Of a stretch of DNA of 64,000 nt, positions 39,389 to 46,453 are shown one piece after another. Under the pieces are notes generated by a model. The model did no database searches. It was not told the DNA's origin and saw nothing but the letters and a program-made list of their open reading frames with translations. The position numbers and the translations under genes are program-made. The stretch spans positions 1,520,961 through 1,584,960 of the forward strand of contig CAVWSQ010000001.1 in the NCBI GenBank assembly GCA_963757655.1. The letters are read 5' to 3'. Source of the DNA: an uncultured Acidobacteriota bacterium (GTDB lineage Bacteria; Acidobacteriota; Vicinamibacteria; Vicinamibacterales; CAVVIG01). Numbering within the stretch: the stretch's first letter is position 1; the number at the start of each line of letters is the position of its first letter.

Positions 39389-40121
39389 TCCAGCTCGCTC
39401 GGGCCGAGACCAGGAACGCGACGACCGCCCCGACCTCTTCGGGGCGGCCAAACCGCCCGAACGGCAGCTCTCTCCGCACGAAATCATCCATTGCGTCGGG
39501 ATCGTCCTGAACACGGCGGTCCCACGATCCCCCCGGAAAGCGAATCGAGCCAGGCGCCACGCTGTTGACGCGGATGTTGTCGCGCGCCAGTTGCTGGGCC
39601 ATCGCCTTGGCGAGACTGATTTCGGCTGCCTTTACCGCGTTGTAGGTCATCCGACCGCCCGATTCGCGGCCCCAGATCGATGCGATCATCACGATCGCGC
39701 CGCCGCCGCGGCGCCGCATCAGCGGCACCGCCAGACGCGAAGCCCGGATGGCGGGAAAAAGCGTCTGGTCGAACGACGCCAGCCACTCGGCGTCGCTGGT
39801 GTCGATGATGCCGGCGCCCTTGGCCACACCGACGTTGTTGACCAGGATATCGAGCCCGCCGAACGTCTCGACGGTCCTGGCGACCACGGCTTCGACCCCG
39901 GCCGTCGTGGAGAGATCGGCCGCGATTGCCAACACGCCACTCCCGCCATGGACGCTGCCGATCGTTTTCAGCGAATCAGCTGCCTCGGCGAGCGCCGCTT
40001 CGCCGCGGGCGCAGATGGTCACGCGGCATCCTTCGGCGACGAGCGCGCGAGCACTGGCCAGGCCAAGGCCCTTGCTCGAACCGGTGACGATGGCCACCTT
40101 CTGTTGGAGTCCTAGATCCAT
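39336..40121 (-). CDS. SDR family oxidoreductase (FabG-like)
   Basis: 261 aa. KVAIVTGSSKGLGLASARAL (TGxxxGxG), NNVG, and catalytic YNAVKAA. Confidence 0.9.
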   Translation of the reverse strand: MDLGLQQKVAIVTGSSKGLGLASARALVAEGCRVTICARGEAALAEAADSLKTIGSVHGGSGVLAIAADLSTTAGVEAVVARTVETFGGLDILVNNVGVAKGAGIIDTSDAEWLASFDQTLFPAIRASRLAVPLMRRRGGGAIVMIASIWGRESGGRMTYNAVKAAEISLAKAMAQQLARDNIRVNSVAPGSIRFPGGSWDRRVQDDPDAMDDFVRRELPFGRFGRPEEVGAVVAFLVSARASWISGASVTVDGCQSRSLI

Positions 40122-40140
40122 ACCTGGATGGCAAGCACGA

Positions 40141-40968
40141 TCAACGGCCGCCGCGGCCGGTCAAGTCGTTCAGGGTCCAGTCGAACGGCGTATAAACGAC
40201 CTGAAACGTGTTGCCCGCGATGAACTCTTTCTCTGTGGTCAACAGCTTGGGCATCACGAAGGCGATGACGGCCCGCTCGATGGGGCTGCGACTGGCGAGG
40301 CTCGCCGGCGCCTTGTCGGCATAGCCGTCCGCAAATTCCTTGGACCGCCACGAGAAAATCGAGCTGGCGCCGACCTTGCCGTTCGTGCGATCAATCGTGA
40401 TGCACTGCGCACGCGTGACGCATTCAGCGGCGACGTCGGCGAGCTGCTCTTCAAGACGGGCCGCGGTGAACGCTTCACTGCGCAGACGGCCGCTGCCGAC
40501 TGCGCCGCGGCCAAGCGCAAAATAGACCCGCGGATCGTGGAAGGTCGGCAGGATCGTCTGCTCGATCTGGTCGAGGGTGAGCGTGCGTCCGGCCACGCGA
40601 TGCGTCAGACGCTCGAACGCCCCGGAAATCTGGCGGATGCTTTTGGCCGGGTACTCCGGCGAGTGCCCCTGGATGGGATAGTGGTCCGCCACCGTCCGAA
40701 GTACCAGCGCGTTGTAGGCATTGAGCCAGAACGCCAGCTGTTCGTCGCGCGAGAGCTTGTCGATCGTTACGGTAGCCAGCGCCCCGGTATAGCCGTCGAG
40801 CTTGGCGCGCTCCGATTTGATGGCCCGATAGTAGACGTCGCCATTTCGGACGTAGAGATCGAGCAATTGATCGAATGTCCTGGTGCGCGCCGTCTCGCCG
40901 GTTTCCTGCGCCACCGGGGAGATCGCCACGATCAGCGCCAACACCACCGAAATCATCGCCACGCGCAT
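40141..40968 (-). CDS. DUF547 domain-containing secreted protein
   Basis: Signal peptide MRVAMISVVLALIVAISPVAQE. EQLAFWLNAYNALVLRTVADHYPI...HDPRVYFALGRGAVGSGRL matches the DUF547 pattern as I remember it. Confidence 0.7.
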   Translation of the reverse strand: MRVAMISVVLALIVAISPVAQETGETARTRTFDQLLDLYVRNGDVYYRAIKSERAKLDGYTGALATVTIDKLSRDEQLAFWLNAYNALVLRTVADHYPIQGHSPEYPAKSIRQISGAFERLTHRVAGRTLTLDQIEQTILPTFHDPRVYFALGRGAVGSGRLRSEAFTAARLEEQLADVAAECVTRAQCITIDRTNGKVGASSIFSWRSKEFADGYADKAPASLASRSPIERAVIAFVMPKLLTTEKEFIAGNTFQVVYTPFDWTLNDLTGRGGR

Positions 40969-40978
40969 GATGCTTCGA

Positions 40979-41779
40979 CTATACCCGATGGTCGAGGAAG
41001 GCCGCGAGCGCCGCGTTGAACATGCCTGGCTGCTCGAGATTTGATAGATGTCCGGCGCCAGGAATACGCACCAATTCGGAGCCGGCGATCACCCGATGCA
41101 TCTCTTCCGAGGCCGCTGGCGGCGTCACGATGTCCTCATCGCCGACGACAATCAACGTTGGCACATGAATGGACGCGAGCAGCGGCGTCGAGACGGGTCG
41201 CGTCATGAGCGCGCGGATCGCGCCGGCGATCGCCTCCGTCGAGCTTGCCAGCGCCAGCGATCGCACGTGTTCCACAATCGCCGGTTTGGTGTTGCGCGTC
41301 GTTTCGCCCAGCAGCTTCGGCATCATTTCATCGGCCACCGCCGATGGGCCCTGGTCCTGGACGAGCTGCAGCATCCTGACGCGACCGGCTGTTCCTTCGG
41401 GTGTGTCCGCTTGCGAGCTCGTGTCGGCGAGGATGAGACCTTGCACGTATCGTGCGGCGAGTCGGAGCAGCGCAAAGGCGACGTAGCCCCCCAGTGACAG
41501 TCCGCCGACCACCACCTGTTTGACGTGGAGCGTGTCGAGCAGGTCGATGACATCGCCGGCGTAGTCGTCTACTGACGCCGCGGCCGGATCGCCGTGCCCG
41601 CCGTCGAAGCCGCGCAGTTGAGGGGCGATGACATGCCAACCGCGGTCGGCGAGCACGAGCTGCTTCTCCCACATGCGGGCGTTGAGGGGAAAGGCGTGAA
41701 GGAGGAGCAGCGTCCCTCGGGGACGGTCGTCAGCGCTGGGTGACGCATCGAGATAGCGCAATCGTCCAATGGTGGGCAC
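40979..41779 (-). CDS. Alpha/beta hydrolase
   Basis: 266 aa. LLLLHAFPLNARMW; nucleophile elbow GLSLGGYVA; C-terminal part IPGAGHLSNLEQP. Confidence 0.85.
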   Translation of the reverse strand: MPTIGRLRYLDASPSADDRPRGTLLLLHAFPLNARMWEKQLVLADRGWHVIAPQLRGFDGGHGDPAAASVDDYAGDVIDLLDTLHVKQVVVGGLSLGGYVAFALLRLAARYVQGLILADTSSQADTPEGTAGRVRMLQLVQDQGPSAVADEMMPKLLGETTRNTKPAIVEHVRSLALASSTEAIAGAIRALMTRPVSTPLLASIHVPTLIVVGDEDIVTPPAASEEMHRVIAGSELVRIPGAGHLSNLEQPGMFNAALAAFLDHRV

Positions 41780-41825
41780 GGACCATTGTAGATAATCGCG
41801 AGTAGATCGATGCGCGGCGGCTTTT

Positions 41826-44618
41826 CTAGCGACGCTCTGCCTTCACCAGTGCCGCCAGCACTCTGTTCTGATCGTGACTCGACCTGATCCGTTCGGCCGC
41901 CGACACGAACGCCGGCCGGCTCGCGGGGTCTACCCCAGGCGCGAAGGTGAGCAGCACTTCGGCGCGATCGTAGTCCGACGTCATGTCGGCGACGGCGCCG
42001 AACACCGCGTCCTGAACGTCGCGGCCGGTCGCCCCCTTCCTGGCGAGGTGCGTCAGGACCGCCCGCCGATCGTAGTTCGAGGAGATGGCGCGGACGGCGG
42101 CAAAGAACGGATCCCGCACCGCCGGCTCGACGCCAAAACGATCGAGGAATGCGGTCAGCACCTGCCGCCGGTCGTAGTCCGATCGCATTTCAACGACGGC
42201 CGCCAGGACGGTGCGCTTGGCCTCGACGCTCAACGTCCCGCGCGCGAGGATCTCCTGGAGGACGATCCGCTTGTCGTAGGTCGATTTCATGTGCGCGAGC
42301 GCCGGCAGCAGCGTGTCGCCGTCGACGGCCGGCCCAGTGCTCTTGGTCAGCGCCGACAGCGCCTGCCGCTGATCGTAGTCCGACGTCATCGTCGTCATCG
42401 CCTGCACGTAGGCGGCGGCGCCGGGCCGGTCCAGCATCACCCGCGCGGCGATCAGCTCCAGCACCACGCGGCGGTCGTAGTTGCTCTCGATGATCCGGCC
42501 AACCCGATCGAGCACTGGCCGGATTGAGGTCGAGTCGAACCGCGCGATGTCGATGAGCGCGACCAGGTACAGCCGCCGCGCGTAGTCGCCGCCCAGCAGA
42601 TCGATTTCCGCCAGTACACCGTTCGCCCCACGGCGTTCGAAGATGGTTTTGACGCGCGACTCAGCGCCGAGACCCGAGCGCCGGACGAGGAGCGGCAGCT
42701 GCACCGCCAGGAAGCGCTTCGCGTCCTCGTCCCATGGCCGTTTCATGCCGGCAACAAAATAGCTGCGCGTCAGCACGCCGTTGGACGACGCGATCTCCAC
42801 CGTGTGCGGCACCACACCGCGCCAGTCGCGAAGCGTCAGCAAGCCGCCGTCGGACAGCGTCTGCACATCTGTCAGGTCGTCAGTAAACGTGATGGTGCCG
42901 TGCAGCCGGACATCGAAGCGCTGCGAGCCGTCGCTCCACTGCATGCGCCATTCGCTGCCGGAGGATCTCGACTCTGCCGCTGCAGGGGGGGCCGGTGGCG
43001 CAGGTGGTGCGGCCGGCGCGGGTGGTGCGGGCGGCGCGGGTGGTGCCGGCGGCGCGGGTGGTGCCGGCGGCGCGGGTGGTGCCGGGGGTGCCGGGGGTGC
43101 CGGTGGCGCCGGGGGTGCCGGCGGCGCAGGCGGTGCCGACGGCGTGTATGGCGCGGGCGCGGCTGGAGGAGCCGGCGGTTCCTGTGGCGCCGGTGGGTCT
43201 GGCGGCGCCGGTGGTTCCGGCGGCGCCGGCGGCTCGTTGGCGACGCCGAACTCACGAAGCAACCGCTCGTACGCGCGCCTGCCGCTCGTCCACCCCTGCT
43301 CGGTGTCGAGCGCGGCGCGCAAGTCGCCTTCGTGCGGGCGCGCGTCAGCCTCGAGCGCGCGGGTCTCCGCTTCCGCCGCCCGCTTCTGGCGTTGATCGGC
43401 GCGCGTCCGCTCCTCGTCCGTCTGCGTGCTGTCGAACGCGCTGTTCGTCGGTGCTGTCTCCGAGGATGGCGGCTGCGGAATCACTGGATCGCCTGCGGCC
43501 GCGCGAGCGCCGCCCCGCGCGATCGCCCATGGCAAATGGTCGATCGCTCCGGCGCCGGCGGTCAGGAGCACCGTCAAGACGAGAGTGACCACCCAGCTTG
43601 GGGATCGCGGCTCGTCGGCAATCGACACGCGGAGAATCCGTCGAACCCGCTCGAGCAGCGATCCACCAGTCGCCGCCATCGCCATTCCTGTCGAAGAAGA
43701 CCGCCAGGTTTCGAGCTCGGCGAGCGCGTGCGCGTAGCCGACGGCATCGCCGCAGACCGCGATCGCGATGTCATCGCAGCAATGCTCGCGCTCGATACGG
43801 ACGCGGCCGGAAAGCCACCAGACGGCAGGGTGATAGAACAGAAGCGTCTCGACGATGCTCTGGAGCACGTTGACGGCGTAGTCGTGGCGGCGGATGTGCG
43901 CCAGCTCGTGGGCGAGGATCGCCTCGACCTGGGACGGCGTCAGCGACGACAACGCGGCAATCGGAAGCAGGATCGCCGGACGGAGCCAACCGACCACGGT
44001 CGGCACGTCGACGAGCGCCGACTCGATCACGTGCGCGGCAGCGGGCAGACCTAGGCGGTAGGCCAGCTGGCGGCACGACGTCTGCCAGCGCGATGAACTG
44101 GTGGCAAGCGCGAGCAGATGCAATCGGCGGACGCGCCACCATCCGCCTGCCACCCGCGCGAGCAAAAAGACGACGCCGACGAGCCAGGCAATCGTCACCG
44201 CCGGCAGGAGGCGCTCCAGACGATCGACGCCCGCGCGCCGCAGCAGAGTCTGCGGAACAGCGGCGATGCCCAACACGCCGGACGGGTCGCCCGCCCGCAA
44301 CGCAGCGCGAGCGCGAATCGCTCGGAGGCCGTCGGCGGACGAAGCCGTCGCAGCATCTTCAATCGCCTGCGCCTGCATCGCTGCTGCGCCGGAAGACCAT
44401 TCGCCCGGCCCCGACTGTGCAGCCGTCCACATCAGCCGCGCAGTCACCGCCGGAGCGGCGAGCATGGCGGCGAGGCCGGCGCACGCGATGCCATAGCGAA
44501 CGCCTGCCGACCGCCGCAAGGTAAGCGTCAGCAGGGCGGATGTCACGGCGGCGATCGCCGCGCCCTGCCAGAGGAAATGGATCAGCGCCCACCCCGCCGT
44601 CTGAAGAAACGCCGTCAT
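41826..44618 (-). CDS. BlaR1-like M56 family membrane metalloprotease/sensor with atypical repeat-rich C-terminal region
   Basis: 930 aa. N-terminal part MTAFLQTAGWALIHFLWQGAAIA; HExxH ILAHELAHIRRHDY...FYHPAVWWL. This is followed by another TM segment, a charged coil, an (APP)n tract, a beta-rich segment, and eight helical repeats of about 34 aa with an S-[DN]-Y-D-[RK]-R-x-V-L signature. Confidence 0.85.
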   Translation of the reverse strand: MTAFLQTAGWALIHFLWQGAAIAAVTSALLTLTLRRSAGVRYGIACAGLAAMLAAPAVTARLMWTAAQSGPGEWSSGAAAMQAQAIEDAATASSADGLRAIRARAALRAGDPSGVLGIAAVPQTLLRRAGVDRLERLLPAVTIAWLVGVVFLLARVAGGWWRVRRLHLLALATSSSRWQTSCRQLAYRLGLPAAAHVIESALVDVPTVVGWLRPAILLPIAALSSLTPSQVEAILAHELAHIRRHDYAVNVLQSIVETLLFYHPAVWWLSGRVRIEREHCCDDIAIAVCGDAVGYAHALAELETWRSSSTGMAMAATGGSLLERVRRILRVSIADEPRSPSWVVTLVLTVLLTAGAGAIDHLPWAIARGGARAAAGDPVIPQPPSSETAPTNSAFDSTQTDEERTRADQRQKRAAEAETRALEADARPHEGDLRAALDTEQGWTSGRRAYERLLREFGVANEPPAPPEPPAPPDPPAPQEPPAPPAAPAPYTPSAPPAPPAPPAPPAPPAPPAPPAPPAPPAPPAPPAPPAPPAPAAPPAPPAPPAAAESRSSGSEWRMQWSDGSQRFDVRLHGTITFTDDLTDVQTLSDGGLLTLRDWRGVVPHTVEIASSNGVLTRSYFVAGMKRPWDEDAKRFLAVQLPLLVRRSGLGAESRVKTIFERRGANGVLAEIDLLGGDYARRLYLVALIDIARFDSTSIRPVLDRVGRIIESNYDRRVVLELIAARVMLDRPGAAAYVQAMTTMTSDYDQRQALSALTKSTGPAVDGDTLLPALAHMKSTYDKRIVLQEILARGTLSVEAKRTVLAAVVEMRSDYDRRQVLTAFLDRFGVEPAVRDPFFAAVRAISSNYDRRAVLTHLARKGATGRDVQDAVFGAVADMTSDYDRAEVLLTFAPGVDPASRPAFVSAAERIRSSHDQNRVLAALVKAERR
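42997..43140. repeat. Coding 9-bp tandem repeat GGYGCNGGN x16, giving (A-P-P)n in the BlaR1-like protein
   Basis: Read directly. The register is confirmed with the ORF 42995 translation. A degenerate continuation runs to about 43236. Confidence 0.85.
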
Positions 44619-45022
44619 CGCGATCCTCCTGGCTTCTGGTCACTTGCCGCCGGAGTCGACGCCCCGCGCAGCAGCTTCCTGATTTCGGCGAGCTCGTCGG
44701 CCGACGCCTTGCCGGTCGCCAGCGCCTGCAGGACGAGCTTGGCCGCCGACCCGTCGAACGCCCGCGCGAGCAAATCGGCGACCAGCTGGCGCTGGGTCTG
44801 ATCCTGTGTAAACGCCGCCTCGTAGACGTGGGTTCTCGCGCCTTCGTCGCGGATGACGAGACGCTTTTCGGTCATGATCTGCAGCAGCTTGAGGATCGTC
44901 GTGTAGCCGGCCTCGCGGCCCATCGCCTCGGCAATTTGACGGACGGTGCTCGGACCGCGCGACCACAGAACGGAGAGAATGCCGAGCTCGGCGTCGGTTG
45001 GTTTGCGGCGCGGACCCTTCAT
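44615..45022 (-). CDS. BlaI/MecI/CopY family transcriptional repressor
   Basis: 135 aa. ELGILSVLWSRGPSTVRQIAEAMGREAGYTTILKLLQIMTEKRLV (winged helix). ATGA-type overlap with the downstream M56 gene. Confidence 0.9.
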   Translation of the reverse strand: MKGPRRKPTDAELGILSVLWSRGPSTVRQIAEAMGREAGYTTILKLLQIMTEKRLVIRDEGARTHVYEAAFTQDQTQRQLVADLLARAFDGSAAKLVLQALATGKASADELAEIRKLLRGASTPAASDQKPGGSR

Positions 45023-45029
45023 GGATCGG

Positions 45030-45076
45030 ATTATCTACGACGTTTTTCGTAGATGTCAATACGAATGTTTTCGTAG
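45030..45076 (-). promoter_or_regulatory. Candidate blaI promoter (-35 TTGACA, 18-nt spacer, -10 GATAAT) with two 18-bp operators yTACGA-N6-TCGTAG
   Basis: Operator 1 is CTACGACGTTTTTCGTAG at 45035-45052, inside the spacer. Operator 2 is ATACGAATGTTTTCGTAG at 45059-45076. On the minus strand the -10 is at 45035-45030 and the -35 at 45059-45054. Only 7 nt separate the -10 from the ATG at 45022. Confidence 0.6.
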
Positions 45077-45129
45077 CACGGCCGACGATGGAAAAACTCG
45101 AGGCGATCGCCAAGAGCGCTGAGCACCTG

Positions 45130-46341
45130 TTACTTCTCCCGGCTCAGGACCGACGCCAACATCAAGGTGCCGGTAACGTTCGCCGTCGTCCGGAACATGT
45201 CGGGAATCGCGTCGACCGCCAGCAGGATCCCGATCCCTTCAATCGGCAGGTTCGCCGCCGCCAGGACCGGCACCATCGCGATGATGCTGCCGCCAGGAAT
45301 GCCCGGCACGGCAAACGCGCTCAGGACCGAAGTGACAGCGACCGACACGAGTTGCGCTGGGGTCAAGACGATGGCATACAGGCGCGCCAGGAACAGCGCG
45401 CCGACCGGCATCGCCACGGCGCCGCCAACCCTGAACACCGAGGCGGCGAGCGGCAGGATGAACCCGGTCACCATGGGCGGCATCCGCGCGCGCTCGGCGC
45501 TCTCGACCATCGCCGGCAGCGCGGCGAGCGACGACCGCGATGCGAACGCCACCGCCTGCGCCGGGGCGCACAGGGTGACGAACGCGCCGGGAGACAGCGA
45601 ACCGATGACGATGCCCATCGGATACACCAGCACCGCGCAGACCAGCACGGTCAGCACCACCACGACGACGATGTAGGAGAGGACCGCGCCGGCAGCCGAC
45701 AACCCGAGCTTCGCCGCCAGCGGCACGGCGAGCGCGAAGACGCCGACCGGTGCGAGGACGAGAATGCCGGCGACCAGCCGCTGCATGGCGTCGGCGATGC
45801 CCTCGGCGACGCGAAGGACAGCCTGCCGCGGGGCATCGGCCACCCGTGCCAGCGCCAGCCCGAAGAGCACCGCGAACACGATGATGGTCAGCATCGTCCC
45901 ATCCGCTGCCGCCTTGAAGACATTCTGTGGAACGAGATCGACGAACCATTGCGACAGCGTCGGCGCCGCTGCGGCTGACGGTGCCCCCGGCCCGCGAAGC
46001 GCCAGCGCCGCCGCTTGATCGATCGCGACCCGGGCAAGCAGGGGCTGGGCGAGGAGCACTGTCAGTGCGGCGGTGACGAGCAGGAGCAGAATCGCCAGCA
46101 GCGCCGCCCGCACGCCCGTACGCCCAAGCGCCGCCGACGCCCCTGTCGCTCCGACGCTGGCGACGAGCATCGACACGACCAGTGGGATCACGGTCATCCG
46201 AATGAGGTTGATGAAGATCGCGCCGATCGGCGTCACCAGGGCGATGACCGGATCGGCCACTGCAGCGGCAATGTTGGTCAATGCCAGGCCGACGAGGAAT
46301 CCGGCGACCAGGCCAAGCAGCACGCGGGTTGTGAGGGACAT
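45130..46341 (-). CDS. Dicarboxylate/amino acid:cation symporter (DAACS, GltP-like)
   Basis: 403 aa. MSLTTRVLLGLVAGFLVGLAL...PIGAIFINLIRMTVIPLVVSMLV...AFASRSSLAALP. Confidence 0.9.
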   Translation of the reverse strand: MSLTTRVLLGLVAGFLVGLALTNIAAAVADPVIALVTPIGAIFINLIRMTVIPLVVSMLVASVGATGASAALGRTGVRAALLAILLLLVTAALTVLLAQPLLARVAIDQAAALALRGPGAPSAAAAPTLSQWFVDLVPQNVFKAAADGTMLTIIVFAVLFGLALARVADAPRQAVLRVAEGIADAMQRLVAGILVLAPVGVFALAVPLAAKLGLSAAGAVLSYIVVVVVLTVLVCAVLVYPMGIVIGSLSPGAFVTLCAPAQAVAFASRSSLAALPAMVESAERARMPPMVTGFILPLAASVFRVGGAVAMPVGALFLARLYAIVLTPAQLVSVAVTSVLSAFAVPGIPGGSIIAMVPVLAAANLPIEGIGILLAVDAIPDMFRTTANVTGTLMLASVLSREK

Positions 46342-46453
46342 CTGAACTGAGAACTTAGAACCAATAACTCAGAACTCAAAGTTCAAAGTTCCAAGTTCCA
46401 AGTCCAAATTCCGGGTTCCAAGTTCTAAGGTCTGAGTTCTGAGTCCTAAGTCC
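46342..46453. repeat. 16 consecutive in-register heptamers (nnGAACT x5, then nAAGTTC-type x11)
   Basis: CTGAACT GAGAACT TAGAACC AATAACT CAGAACT CAAAGTT CAAAGTT CCAAGTT CCAAGTC CAAATTC CGGGTTC CAAGTTC TAAGGTC TGAGTTC TGAGTCC TAAGTCC. The array fills the spacer from the DAACS start codon to, and overlapping, the ADOP stop. Confidence 0.9.
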
